A DNA stretch of 64,000 nucleotides from an uncultured Gemmataceae bacterium (GCA_963750165.1 CAVVPN010000012.1:384001-448000), one strand, 5' to 3'. Shown: positions 51,481 to 61,742, counted from the stretch's first letter. Translations and numbers: made by a program. The notes: generated by a model not told the origin, from the sequence alone.

Positions 51481-51960
51481 TCACTTGAGGGTGACGGGGA
51501 AGTCGTTCGGGCCCTCCTGGATGGTGACGGTCAGCCCGGACCGGTCCACGTCGGCGTACTTCTCCGGAAGCGGGAACCATTTGTCCGCCACGTCCTTCTT
51601 TTTCTTCTCGGCTTCGACCGGCGTGCCTTCTGGTCTGAGGGGTTTTTTCTTCCCCTTGACTTCCTGGGGCGGCGGGAGGTCTGGGTTGGGGTCGGGGCTG
51701 ATGACGGCAATTTTGGCTTCCCCAACGGGGACCGCGAGGACGGTGTACGTCCCGTCGGGTTTGATTTCTCCAGTGCGGGGTTTGTTGTCGCTGCCGACGA
51801 TGACCACCGAGCCGGAAACGACTGGCTTTTTCTGATAGACGACCTTGCCGGAAACGTCCCCGGTGGGCTTGCCGCCGCAACCCAGCAGCACCAGGGCGAG
51901 CACCGGCACGAACGCCCAGCCCAGACGAAGCCACCTGGCCCAACCGAACGAATTGCCCAT
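51481..51960 (-). CDS. Carboxypeptidase-regulatory-like lipoprotein, DUF1559 partner 1
   Basis: LLGCGG, VSGKV.Y, GEIKPDGTY, VPVG, LPEKY..SGLT. Confidence 0.85.
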   Translation of the reverse strand: MGNSFGWARWLRLGWAFVPVLALVLLGCGGKPTGDVSGKVVYQKKPVVSGSVVIVGSDNKPRTGEIKPDGTYTVLAVPVGEAKIAVISPDPNPDLPPPQEVKGKKKPLRPEGTPVEAEKKKKDVADKWFPLPEKYADVDRSGLTVTIQEGPNDFPVTLK

Positions 51961-52116
51961 GATGCCCTCGACGGATAAAGACGTGGGGCGACGGGATTAC
52001 CCTGGCGTGGTCCCGGAAGTTCCGACGTTGTGGCGGTGAAAAAACGGCAGCGGGTGGTCGCGGGCGTTCGTCGATGAAGCCCTGCGACCGCCCGCTTACC
52101 GGGTGTGTCAGTGCCG

Positions 52117-52980
52117 TTAATACTGGCTGAGGTCCACGACCTCTCCGCCCTGAATGGTGGCAAGTTTGGGCATAATCAGGGAGGCCGAGTAACTGATGCT
52201 GCGCACCGAGGCGTCGCCGAACGCGAAGTTGCCGCCGCCAGTGTGCGGCGACCACATGGCGTTGAAGCTGCACGGGTTGGTCACGTCCCGCGGGCCAGTC
52301 CCGTAGTACCAGGGCGTCGCCGGGCACGCGCCCCCGGTGGCCGTCGAGTATCCCAGTGAGGTGATGTTGGCCGCGCCAGAGGCCGTGTCGCAGCACGAGG
52401 GGTAATCCCACCAGCCCCAGTACAGGTCGGCGGCCGGATACCGCTCGCCCACCATCAGGGTGTTGCTGGTGCCATCCCGGATCATGATCATGTTCACGAC
52501 CATGACGTTGTTAATCATGCCGACGGTGTTCAGCGTCGAGGAGTAGTAGTCCAGGCCGGCGACCGCCACGTAATCGGTGAGTCCGAAGCCGGCCCCACCC
52601 CAGCCCGTGTACTCCTGCCCGGCGCGCGTCTCATCGGGGCAGAGGAAAATCGGGATTTGCGCCCCGTTATTGTTATTGTTCGAGGAGTTGATCTGGTTGT
52701 AGACATTGTCGCCCTCAACGTACGGCAGCATCATGCCCATCCAGCTCATGGTGTTGTTGCCGAACACCTGCGGGAAGCGTTTGTTCACGCCGTAGTAGTT
52801 GTGCAAGCCGACGCCGATCTGGTGCAGGTTGTTCTGGCACTTGGCGACGTTGGCCGCCTCGCGCACCTTCTGCACAGCGGGCAGGAGCAGGCCGATCAGG
52901 ATGGCGATGATCGCAATCACCACCAGCAACTCGATCAGCGTGAAGCCAATCCGTCGGGGGAGCGCACTCCGGGTAACCAT
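52117..52980 (-). CDS. DUF1559 / prepilin-type N-methylation protein with H-X9-DG motif (copy 1)
   Basis: [62 protein letters not shown]. Confidence 0.95.
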   Translation of the reverse strand: MVTRSALPRRIGFTLIELLVVIAIIAILIGLLLPAVQKVREAANVAKCQNNLHQIGVGLHNYYGVNKRFPQVFGNNTMSWMGMMLPYVEGDNVYNQINSSNNNNNGAQIPIFLCPDETRAGQEYTGWGGAGFGLTDYVAVAGLDYYSSTLNTVGMINNVMVVNMIMIRDGTSNTLMVGERYPAADLYWGWWDYPSCCDTASGAANITSLGYSTATGGACPATPWYYGTGPRDVTNPCSFNAMWSPHTGGGNFAFGDASVRSISYSASLIMPKLATIQGGEVVDLSQY

Positions 52981-53214
52981 GTGAGCCTCCGATGACGAAC
53001 AATGAAAAGATAAATCACCCGCAGCCGTCGCGGCTGCCGGCTTCATTTGTTGGGGAGAGGTTGGGCGACGGCTGACTCACTCCGTTCAGGCCCGTGCGAA
53101 CTTCCGTCGAACGAAATGGCTCCTTGCCGGGTTGGGAAGTCCGTTCCAGACGGACGCGAACAAGGAGTCGCCAAAACCACTTCCGCCGCCAGAAAGCGCC
53201 GGGAAGTGGCTGGA

Positions 53215-53248
53215 AGATAGAGTAAATGCTGGAAGACTCTTCCGTCAA
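53215..53248 (-). promoter_or_regulatory. Putative sigma-70 promoter of DUF1559 cassette 1
   Basis: TTGACG-N18-TACTCT-ATCT, with the same boxes at 56631-56664 and a T-rich upstream tract. Confidence 0.7.
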
Positions 53249-53392
53249 GTTAAAAAAGGCAAACATGAAAAAAAGATGGGATTCTGAGGGTGACAACAAC
53301 GCCAGGGCCTGAAACCGCGCCGTCCGGAGACGTGTACTGGTGTTCCGCCGGCGCGCGGCGCGGCGCCGCGCGCCCGGCGCGACCCAGAGGTG

Positions 53393-53867
53393 CTACTTCA
53401 GATCGATGTGGTAGACGTTCGGCCCGGGCTCGACCTTGAACGCCAGTTTCGACCGAGTAATGTCCTCGTACGCGGCGGAATGAGGTAAAACTTCGCGAGC
53501 GGGTCCGCGCCGGGAGGACCGGTATCTTGGTGCTTTTCGTATTCCCTCGGGACTTCTGCTGGTCGGCCAGTTGCCGGGTGTAGGTTTCGAGCTTCGGGTC
53601 CACGCACGCCACGGTGAATTTGGCGTCCCCGACCGGGACGCTGGCGAACGTGTAGGCGCCGTCGGTCTCGATTTTGGCGTCGAAAAACTGGCCGTTGCCG
53701 GCCTGTAACTTGACCCAACCGAACGGCAGCGCCTTGTTCTTGTAGGTGACCCTGCCGCTCAGGCTGCCCGTGGACGGGCCGCAGCCGACCAGGCCAGCCA
53801 CCACCGTGGCGAATAGCAACCAGCGCAGGGCCGGGCCCCCCGCGTGTGAGGATCGAGTGGAAAGCAC
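53393..53867 (-). CDS. Carboxypeptidase-regulatory-like lipoprotein, DUF1559 partner 2 (two apparent frameshifts near 53508 and 53481)
   Basis: GGAG RBS and GTG start; LVGCG, LSGRVTY, IETDGAY, VPVG; reconstructed end IPPRYED...VEPGPNVYHIDLK*. Confidence 0.75.
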
Positions 53868-53901
53868 GTTAAGTTCTCCAAAAAGCCTGTCGAGGGTTCG
53901 C

Positions 53902-54765
53902 TCACTCATACGAATTGGGGTCCACGACTTCCTTGCCGTTGCGCGTGGCCAGCGGCACGAGGGCCGCCGCGCCGCTGTAGGGGATGAAGCGCACCGAGGC
54001 GTCGCCGAAGGCCCAGTTGGCACCGCCGCTGTGCATGCTCCAGAAGTGCAGGCTGTCACAGGTATTACCCAGGCTGCCCCTGGCGAACAGGTTCGGCGAC
54101 GGACAGCCCCCATACGCGGGGTAGTTCGTCTGCGTGGCGAGCAGGTTGTCGTAGTCGCTGTAGGCCCACCAGCCCCACTGCAAGTCGGCGCTCGGCGGCC
54201 GCTCCCCCAGCATGACCGTGTTGCTGGTGCCGTCGCGGATGTCCGTCAGACGAATGCCCGTCTGGCTGGTGTCGAAAATGCCGTCGGTCGGCCCGGTGCC
54301 AATGTTGTAGGTGGTGCCGATCACGCCCAGATAGTCGATCAGGCCGAAGCTGCCGGTCGCGCCGCCCACGGTGCCGCTGAAGGAGCCGTTACTGAGCGGG
54401 TCCGCGGGGCACAGCAGCATGGGTACCTGCTGGCCGGACGCCTGGTTGAAGTTGTTGATGGTGAGGTTTTTCAGGTTGTCTTGCTCGACGTAAGGCAGGG
54501 TGGAGTAGACCCAACTTTTGGGGCAGGTGAAGCAACTCAGGGTATCACGGGGCGGCGGCAGTCGTTTGAACTGGTCGTGGTAATTGTGCAGGCCCGTGGC
54601 CAGCTGCTTGAGGTTGTTCTTACACTGGGTGTTGGCGGCGGCGTCGCGGACCTTCTGCACCGCGGGCAGCAGCAGGCCAATCAGGATGGCAATAATCGCA
54701 ATGACGACGAGCAGTTCGATGAGCGTGAACGCGGAACGCCGGGGGTCGAAACGCGATGGGGCCAT
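53902..54765 (-). CDS. DUF1559 / prepilin-type protein (copy 2)
   Basis: [50 protein letters not shown]. Confidence 0.95.
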   Translation of the reverse strand: MAPSRFDPRRSAFTLIELLVVIAIIAILIGLLLPAVQKVRDAAANTQCKNNLKQLATGLHNYHDQFKRLPPPRDTLSCFTCPKSWVYSTLPYVEQDNLKNLTINNFNQASGQQVPMLLCPADPLSNGSFSGTVGGATGSFGLIDYLGVIGTTYNIGTGPTDGIFDTSQTGIRLTDIRDGTSNTVMLGERPPSADLQWGWWAYSDYDNLLATQTNYPAYGGCPSPNLFARGSLGNTCDSLHFWSMHSGGANWAFGDASVRFIPYSGAAALVPLATRNGKEVVDPNSYE

Positions 54766-54999
54766 GAAACCTCCAGAGAGAAACGAGATACGGTAGGACC
54801 TCCGCCCGCCGGTCTGGCGGCGGCGGGCTTCAGCGGCGGCGGGTTCCGGTACGGTGTGGGCGGCGCGGCCACATCTTACCGGAATTACATATAAACATAG
54901 GTCACGAGAACCGGCGAGGACGGGCCAGCCGCGAAATCAGTTTCCGATCAATCGAAACCGGGAACTGCTTTCCCAGCCGCCAGCGCGCATCGCGACTGG

Positions 55000-55048
55000 G
55001 TAGCGGAAGTCTGGCGACTTCCGCTACACCCAGTTGCAAACTGCTTTA
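55000..55048. repeat. Family-G REP element overlapping the stop of partner 3
   Basis: Reverse complement TAAAGCAGTTTGCAACTGGGTGTAGCGGAAGTCGCCAGACTTCCGCTAC matches 47059-47104. Confidence 0.75.
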
Positions 55049-55484
55049 ATCAGCGGTGAGGTCGATATTGAAGGTGGTTTCCGGGCCGTCAACCGTGACG
55101 CGCAAGGAAGAGGAATTGGGGTCGTTATAGCGGGACGGAAAGGCGTTCATGGGGGGAGGGCTCTTGAATTCCTTGGGCGCGCCGGCTTTGCGCCGTGTTG
55201 ACCTGCTCCAGGTAGGCGCGGTATTCCGGCGATTCCCTGTACACCGTCACCAGGTGCTCGCCGTACGGCACGTCTTTGACGGTATAGGTGCCGTCGCTCT
55301 GGATGTTGACGAACAGCGGACGACCGTCCTTGCTGTGCAGGGTGACCTGGCCGGCCGTGACGGGCTGCTCCTTAAAAGTGACCTTCCCGGAGACGGTCCC
55401 GGTAGGCGACCCCCCCCCACAGCCGGCCAGGCCAAGACTGAGCACACAGGCGAGGAACACCGAACACCGACGGACAACGTGCAT
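55046..55484 (-). CDS. Carboxypeptidase-regulatory-like lipoprotein, DUF1559 partner 3 (apparent frameshift near 55191)
   Basis: LAGCGG, VSGKVTF, IQSDGTY, VPYG; the alternative frame gives FPSRYNDPNSSSLRVTV...FNIDLTAD*. Confidence 0.8.
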
Positions 55485-55532
55485 GAAAAATCCCCTTACT
55501 CGATCCGAAAAACCAGGCCCCGTGGCGTGGAC

Positions 55533-56391
55533 TTATTCGGGGTCGTTGAACGCTTCCCTGCCCGCGCGTGTCGCCATCATTTCAATGAGCGTGGGCGGCG
55601 TCCCCTGAGCGATGGCGTAGGTGTAAAACCGCACTGAACCGTCGCCCATCAGGAAGTTGGCGCCGCCGCTGTGCAGGCTATAGGGGGCGTTGAACGCACA
55701 GTTGTCCAGGACATTCCCCGGTTTGAAAATCGCGGGGACCGGGCAAGAGCCGTTCAGGCCCGTGCTGTAGGTCAAGGACATGGTGCTGCGCGCCGGCGTC
55801 CGGTTGTCCGCCCAGTATTCGGAATCCCACCAGCCCCACAGGCCGTCCGACGCGGGCGGCCGTTCCACCACCATGATGGTGTTGCTGGTGCCATCAACCA
55901 CCGAACTGAGTCGCACCGGGATGCCGGCCACCAACATGCCCCCGGAGTCCGGCGGTGGGGATCCCGCGAAGGGCTGGTTAAAATTGGCGCTGGACATGGC
56001 GGCGTACCAGGTGACGCCGTTGCCGGGGTAATAGAAATCACCGCGGCTGTCCATCGGACACCAGACGAAGTCTTGCGCTGGCCCGGAGGGCGTTTTGCTG
56101 TTCCAGGTAGGGGGCGATGTCCCGCAGCCAGGCCGTCCAGTAGGGGGCGGACGACCCGGCCGATTGTTGGCTGTTCCCGTATGGGAGATACTTGGTGGTG
56201 GTGTGGAAGTTGTGAATGGCGACGCCGATCTGTTTCATCTTGTTCTGGCATTGCGCGCGCAGGGCGGCCTCGCGCACCTTCTGCACGGCGGGCAGGAGCA
56301 GGCCGATGAGGATGGCGATGATGGCGATCACCACCAACAGTTCAATCAGCGTGAAACCGCTCGCACGGGGGACGGGGGGGCGGAATTTCAT
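55533..56391 (-). CDS. DUF1559 / prepilin-type protein (copy 3), apparent frameshift near 56076
   Basis: GFTLIELL...CQNKMKQ in ORF 56038..56535; WCPMD, DGTSNT and [14 protein letters not shown] in the frame of ORF 55533..56054. Confidence 0.92.
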
Positions 56392-56630
56392 GCAGACCTC
56401 CGGGTACAACAAAAATAATACCTCGAACCCGCAGCCAGGATAGCCGCGCGTTTCATCGCGATGCGGCGGGTTGGGTCTCGTCAGGTGCAGAGTTGGTTGG
56501 TCCCGTGAGCGCCTCCCGCCAATAAGCACGAGCACACCAACCCCGTTCCAGGGATGACGGACGACCAGTCAGGAGAGTAGATTTTGGAACCCTTCGACCG
56601 AGCCCAGAGTGGCGCTCGAACGAGTGGTGG

Positions 56631-56664
56631 AGATAGAGTAGGAAGAAAATGCCACGTCCGTCAA
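56631..56664 (-). promoter_or_regulatory. Putative sigma-70 promoter of DUF1559 cassette 3
   Basis: TTGACG-N18-TACTCT-ATCT. Confidence 0.7.
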
Positions 56665-56765
56665 GGAAAAAATGAAAAGAATGAGAAATGCAAATGAGCT
56701 GTCAGCGAGTAATCTTCGCGAGAAAACCCGCGGGCAGGTGTTCCCGGCGTGGCGGTGGCGTGGGG

Positions 56766-57170
56766 TCAATGGAGGGGGTCGAAGCGGTGGGACAGGCGAC
56801 GGCTGTTGATGTCGAGGGATTCGAGGATTTCGAGGACGGCGGCCATCGGAATGCCCCAGTCGAGGGCCCACTGCAGGATGTCGAGGTTTTCCTGGCCGGA
56901 CTTGAGGCGATCGAGAATGCGGTCGAGCAGAAGGGCATTGTCCTGGAAGCGCTGCCGCAACAGGCCGAAGTCGCCGCGGTCGAGTTCGACCCAGAAGCGC
57001 TTGCCCTGCAGGTGCTCCAGCCAGCGGGCTCGCAGGTAGCCCCACCAGTGACACTGCACCCAGCGACGGATCGCGGCCTCGCCCAGGTCCCGACCCGCCT
57101 TCTCGCTCTCGATCCATTTGAACTGTGCCGCTTCCTGCTCGCAGTCCTGGTAGACGCTGACTTTGTCCAT
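56766..57170 (-). CDS. Small conserved Trp-rich hypothetical protein
   Basis: FKWIESEKAGRDLG...WVQCHWWGYLRARWLEHL; good codon bias. Confidence 0.78.
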   Translation of the reverse strand: MDKVSVYQDCEQEAAQFKWIESEKAGRDLGEAAIRRWVQCHWWGYLRARWLEHLQGKRFWVELDRGDFGLLRQRFQDNALLLDRILDRLKSGQENLDILQWALDWGIPMAAVLEILESLDINSRRLSHRFDPLH

Positions 57171-57376
57171 TGTCCCTACCCTCGGGCGAGCTATCAAGTA
57201 CCGTGAAGATTATAGCACAGGCCGCCCCGCAGCGTCCAATGCCATTTGCCCGGGTACGCCGACGCGGATTTCTTACTTGCTGCCCGCGCGGCGGTGCGGT
57301 ACTGTGCAATCAGTCACGCGAGCGTTGCCCACGGAGCCGGTTGCGCGGGACGGAGACGGATCAGTAGGGGGACGTT

Positions 57377-58321
57377 GTGACCATTCGCACCTTTCAACCG
57401 GGGGACGAGGCTGCCCAGGTCGCGCTGTACAACGCGGCGGCGGCCGAGTTACCCCGGTTCAAGCCAGCCACCCTCGTCGAGGTCAAGCGCCGCACCAGCG
57501 CGAGCGACTTCGACCCCGGTCAGCGCTTCTTCGCGACCGACGCCCAGGGCGAGGTGGTCGGCTACGTCGTCGCCAACGCCAACGGGCGGGTCAGTTACCC
57601 GTGGTGCCGGGCCGGTCACGAAGACCAGGCCGAGCCGCTGTTCACCGCGGCCCTGGAGGCTCTGCGTCAAGCTGGCCACCGTCGCGCCTTCGCCGCCTAC
57701 CGCGCCGACTGGGGCCGTGTCCTGGACTTCTTCAAGACCAACGGCTTCGCCGTCGCCCGGGAGATGGTCAATTTCTACCTCGACGTGGTGGACATGCCGA
57801 CGGTCTCGCACCGCCCCAGCAGCCCGATCACGCCAGTGACGCCGGCCGACCTGCCGACGCTGCGCGAGTTGGGCCGCGGCGTGCTGCGCTTCGACGAGCC
57901 GGCCCGGCTGGTGGAGTACCTGTTCCGCAACCCATACTTCCCGCCGGACTCCATCGTGGCGCTGCGGCAGCGCGGCATCGGGGCGCCGCTGGCCTTTGGC
58001 CTGCTGGTGCGCGACGCGACCTACGCCGACGCGCGGCAGCTGGACGCCCAGATGCCGTGCTTCCGCCTGGGAGCGTTCGGCACCGAGGGGATGCAAACCA
58101 AGCGCGTCCGCGGCCTGTTCAGCGTGCTGGGCCGGGCCGACAACCAGTTCAACGCCCTGGCGCTGGACCTGCTCGGCCACGCGGCGCAACGGCTGCAGCA
58201 CGAGGATGATTTCGACTGCCTGGCCGCTCAGGTGCCCTCGGACGCGCCGCACCTGCTGCGCTTCTTCCAGCACACGTTCCGCCGCCAGGGCAGCTTCCCG
58301 GTGCTGGAACGCGACCTGTGA
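57377..58321 (+). CDS. GNAT-fold-like hypothetical protein (two GNAT-like halves)
   Basis: N-terminal TIRTFQPGDE, GEVVGY, FFKTNGF; second half starts ITPVTPADL. Confidence 0.65.
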   Translation: MTIRTFQPGDEAAQVALYNAAAAELPRFKPATLVEVKRRTSASDFDPGQRFFATDAQGEVVGYVVANANGRVSYPWCRAGHEDQAEPLFTAALEALRQAGHRRAFAAYRADWGRVLDFFKTNGFAVAREMVNFYLDVVDMPTVSHRPSSPITPVTPADLPTLRELGRGVLRFDEPARLVEYLFRNPYFPPDSIVALRQRGIGAPLAFGLLVRDATYADARQLDAQMPCFRLGAFGTEGMQTKRVRGLFSVLGRADNQFNALALDLLGHAAQRLQHEDDFDCLAAQVPSDAPHLLRFFQHTFRRQGSFPVLERDL

Positions 58322-58336
58322 CCTTGCTTCATTGAT

Positions 58337-58362
58337 GGTTTCGCGCTCATGAGCGCGAAACC
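58337..58362. repeat. Perfect 26-bp palindrome
   Basis: GGTTTCGCGCTCA|TGAGCGCGAAACC. Confidence 0.7.
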
Positions 58363-58389
58363 ACACATGAGGAACGATGGGGAACCGCC

Positions 58390-59556
58390 ATGTCCTTCGC
58401 CGCCGCGCTGTCCACCGAGGCCGCCACGAGTCAGGCGCTGGACGACGTTTGCACCCGGGCCGACGTGGACGGGCCGCCGGACCTGGCCCTGCTGTTTTAC
58501 TCGCCGCACCACGCCGCCAGCATCGACGCGACCGTGGCGGCGCTGCACCGGCGGCTGGCGCCGCGCTGTTTGCTGGGCTGTCCCGGCGAGGCCATCGTCG
58601 GCAACGACCGCGAGATCGAGGACGCGCCGGCGCTGAGCCTGTGGCTGGGCCGCTGGCCGCGGTCGGTGCAGCTGACGCCGTTCCACCTGACGCTGACGCA
58701 CACCTCCGAGGGCCCCAGTCTGCTGGGCTGGCCGGACGAGCTGGAAACCGCGGACGCCGGCGCGTCCGTGATGCTGTTGCTGGGCGACCCCTTCTCGTTC
58801 CCGGCAGACGGCTTCCTGCACCAGATCAACGAGGACCGCCCGGGGCTGCGCGTGGTCGGCGGCATGGGCAGCGGCGTCCGCGGGCCGGGCCAGTGCGGTC
58901 TGATCCACGGCGGCCAGGTGGTGCGTGAGGGGGCGGTCGGCGTGCTGTTGCAGGGGCCGGTACGGGTGCGCAGCGTCGTGTCGCAGGGCTGCCGGCCGGT
59001 CGGCCGCCACCTGGTCATCACCCGCGCCCGGGACAACGTCATCCTGGAGCTGGGCGGCAAGCCGGCGCTGGCGCAACTGCAACAGTTGTGGCAGGAGCTG
59101 TCGCCGGAGGAGCGCGAACTGCTCCAGGAGGGGCTGCACGTCGGCGTGGTCATCAACGAGTATCAGGGCGAGTTCCAGCGCGGCGATTTTTTGGTGCGCA
59201 ACGTCATCGGCATGGACCGCGGCTCCGGAGCGCTGGCAATCACGGATCGGGTGCGTGTCGGCCAGACGGTGCAGTTCCACGTGCGCGACGCGGCCACGGC
59301 GGACGAGGATTTGCACGCGCTGCTGCAGATCGACCTGAGCGCCCACGAGCAGCGGCCGGCGGCGGCGCTGCTGTTCAGCTGTAACGGCCGGGGCACGCGG
59401 CTGTTCCCGCAACCGGACCATGACGCGACGGTAATTCGGGCGGAGGCGGGACCGGTGCCGCTGGCGGGATTTTTTGCGCAGGGCGAACTGGGGCCGGTCG
59501 GCGGGCAGAATTTCCTGCATGGTTTCACCGCGAGCGTGGTGCTGTTCGAGGAGTGA
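58390..59556 (+). CDS. FIST signal-transduction domain protein
   Basis: DPFSFP, VVGG, VSQGCRPVG, GDFLVRN, GQTVQFHVRD, LLFSCNGRG, GFFAQGELGP...LHGFTAS. Confidence 0.93.
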   Translation: MSFAAALSTEAATSQALDDVCTRADVDGPPDLALLFYSPHHAASIDATVAALHRRLAPRCLLGCPGEAIVGNDREIEDAPALSLWLGRWPRSVQLTPFHLTLTHTSEGPSLLGWPDELETADAGASVMLLLGDPFSFPADGFLHQINEDRPGLRVVGGMGSGVRGPGQCGLIHGGQVVREGAVGVLLQGPVRVRSVVSQGCRPVGRHLVITRARDNVILELGGKPALAQLQQLWQELSPEERELLQEGLHVGVVINEYQGEFQRGDFLVRNVIGMDRGSGALAITDRVRVGQTVQFHVRDAATADEDLHALLQIDLSAHEQRPAAALLFSCNGRGTRLFPQPDHDATVIRAEAGPVPLAGFFAQGELGPVGGQNFLHGFTASVVLFEE

Positions 59557-59929
59557 TGGAGATGCCGTTTACCATTGAAGTCGAGCAGGGAGCGGACCAT
59601 CACGATAACGTTGGCGAGGCGGTACATCATGTTTACAGTAAGCCTCGGTGAAGTCGATGATTATTTCTCGGCGCGGGGCAACGATTACTGGGGTATGACC
59701 TGAAGCGGCCTGCTCGGCTTTGGGAGGACAACACCGATTGCGGGTTCTGGTTCTGGGACCGCTGGGGCGAGGTGGTGTTGATGGGTGCCGAAACGGAGGT
59801 TGCTGCCTGGCACGCGGCGTGGAGTTCACGGACCCAATCACCGACCAGGGCTTCGGGCTCGTGACGTTTTTCAAGATGCCGGGCGACTTCAAGGTGATGC
59901 TCTACCAGCCGCGCTACGGCAAGAAGTAG
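59556..59929 (+). pseudogene. Mosaic of gene remnants ending in a VOC/glyoxalase-family C-terminus
   Basis: The 3' part LARGVEFTDPITDQGFGLVTFFKMPG...LYQPRY is VOC-like but has no N-terminus; the upstream lower-GC segment has stops and unrelated coding-like fragments. Confidence 0.55.
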
Positions 59930-60163
59930 GGAATCTACGCTCCCCCTGGGCCGGAGGGGGTGTCTGAGAGATGAGATGAGATGAGACGAAAGCCCTCCCT
60001 GGCACCTATCTTCATTATACCGCCCAGCCCGCTTCCGGGGAATCGCTCGCGCCGGAGTCACTGGCGTTCGCAGCCGGCCTTGCTCGCGGCGCCTCTCCCG
60101 CCGTATGATCTTCTCCATTCCGCGAGCACCGCGCTCGCCGTTTCCCCGATCAGGAGTCCTCGC

Positions 60164-61648
60164 ATGACGCGCCGCTGTCTGCTGTTGTCCGCCGTCCTGT
60201 TCGTCCTGCTCGGCTTTCAGGCCGCGCCGCTGTCGTCGCAGGAAAAGCCGACGCGGCTTGAACTGACCGACAAGGACATTGATGCGTCGCTCGGTGTCGA
60301 GTGGTACGGCCTGTACTTCCAGGACAAGAAGATTGGCTGGCTCAAGACCGACCGCAGCAAGCAGGGCACCGGTAAGGACGCCACTTTTCGCGACGCCGCC
60401 GAGCTGGAAATGAAGTTGGTGACGATGGGTCAGAAGATCGAGTTGAAAAGTGTGCAGGTGTTGGAGTACGAGGCTGCCCCGCCCTACCGCCTGCACCGCG
60501 GCGAATTCTCACAATCGGACGGCAAGGTCAAACAGCATATCCTGCTCACGGCCAACAAGGGCGGTTACGACGTGACCATCCGCACCGGCAACGCGAAACA
60601 ACGGAAGCAACTGCCGGCCATCGAGCACACGCTGGAGGATGCCCTGACCGCGGAGGTCTGGCTGCGCCGCCAGCCGAAGGCCGGCGCCATCATCGTCCGC
60701 GATTTCGACCTGGAAAGCCTCAAGGTCGAACTGAGCACTTACAAACTGCTGGCGACCAAGGAGAGCCTGGTGAACGGCGTCAAGGTGGTCTTCCACGAGC
60801 TGTCGAACTTTAGCCACAAGGCGAAGATCACGACGCTGCAGCGGCACGACGACAGGGGCCGCATGATCTCCGGCAAGATCGTGGATGTGTTCGAGATGCG
60901 CCGCGAGAGCGAGGCGCAGGCCAGGAACACCACCTACAGCGCCGACATCTTCGTGATGGGCATGGCCAGGGTGGATCGGCCGCTCGGCCGCACGCAGCAG
61001 GTCACGGCCCTGGTGCTCCGGGCGGAGGGCAAGAACCTCGACCAGGTCATCAAGCCGGGACCGCGGCAGCAGGTAACGGTCAACAAGGACAACAGCCTGA
61101 CGATCAAGCTCGGCGCGAAATACGCGGCGCCCGTCAAGGCGACGGCGGCCGAGATCAAGGAAGCGCTGGAGGACACGGTGGCGTACCCGATCACGGACGC
61201 CCGGGTCAAGGCGCTGGCGGCCCGTGCGGTCGGCGACGCCAAAACGCCGCGCGCGAAGGTCGAGAAGCTGGCCCGCTTCACGCACGACTACATCCGGCCG
61301 TCGCTGTCCACGACGCTGCCGAAATTGCTGGACCTGCTGGACCGCAAGACGGGCGACTGCAAGTCGTATGCGTTGCTGTTCAACACGCTGGCGCGGACGG
61401 TGGGGGTGCCGGCGCGCGAGGTGGCGGGACTGGTGTACATGGGCGACGGCGTCAAGGCGTTCGGCGGCCACGCCTGGAACGAGGTGGTGCTGGACGGCGT
61501 CTGGGTGCCGGTGGACGCCTCGCTGCCCGAAACCGATCTGGACGCGGCGCACCTGCGGCTGGGCATCGAACAGGAGGCCATCGCCAACACCGCCACCACG
61601 ATGGGCCGCCTGTTGCTGCGCGTCATCGACGTGGAGACGCGGAAGTGA
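60164..61648 (+). CDS. Secreted transglutaminase-like domain protein
   Basis: Signal peptide; GDCKSYA, GVPAREVAG, HAWNEV..DG.WVPVD (Cys-His-Asp triad). Confidence 0.92.
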   Translation: MTRRCLLLSAVLFVLLGFQAAPLSSQEKPTRLELTDKDIDASLGVEWYGLYFQDKKIGWLKTDRSKQGTGKDATFRDAAELEMKLVTMGQKIELKSVQVLEYEAAPPYRLHRGEFSQSDGKVKQHILLTANKGGYDVTIRTGNAKQRKQLPAIEHTLEDALTAEVWLRRQPKAGAIIVRDFDLESLKVELSTYKLLATKESLVNGVKVVFHELSNFSHKAKITTLQRHDDRGRMISGKIVDVFEMRRESEAQARNTTYSADIFVMGMARVDRPLGRTQQVTALVLRAEGKNLDQVIKPGPRQQVTVNKDNSLTIKLGAKYAAPVKATAAEIKEALEDTVAYPITDARVKALAARAVGDAKTPRAKVEKLARFTHDYIRPSLSTTLPKLLDLLDRKTGDCKSYALLFNTLARTVGVPAREVAGLVYMGDGVKAFGGHAWNEVVLDGVWVPVDASLPETDLDAAHLRLGIEQEAIANTATTMGRLLLRVIDVETRK

Positions 61649-61724
61649 TCGGAGCCCGAGCGCCAGCGCGGGGCAAAGTCTGCCCCGCGCTGGCGCTCGG
61701 GCTCGGACGGGGCTCGGGCTCGGA
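61649..61724. repeat. Family-D hairpin between convergent genes, with a partial arm duplication
   Basis: TCGGAGCCCGAGCGCCAGCGCGGGGCA...TGCCCCGCGCTGGCGCTCGGGCTCGGA followed by GGGCTCGGGCTCGGA. Confidence 0.85.
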
Positions 61725-61742
61725 TTGAGACGCGCTGCGGTG

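Noticed and set aside
49310..52411. 1033-aa ORF suggesting a long N-terminal extension of the WD40 protein
   Set aside because: The upstream 385 codons overlap the lipoprotein and DUF1559 genes out of frame; the real start at 51256 has an RBS and signal peptide and matches the paralog length
51481..56391. DUF1559 array as a diversity-generating retroelement, shufflon or integron cassette array
   Set aside because: No reverse transcriptase, recombinase or integrase in the window, no adenine-specific TR/VR pair, and no attC-like sites between cassettes
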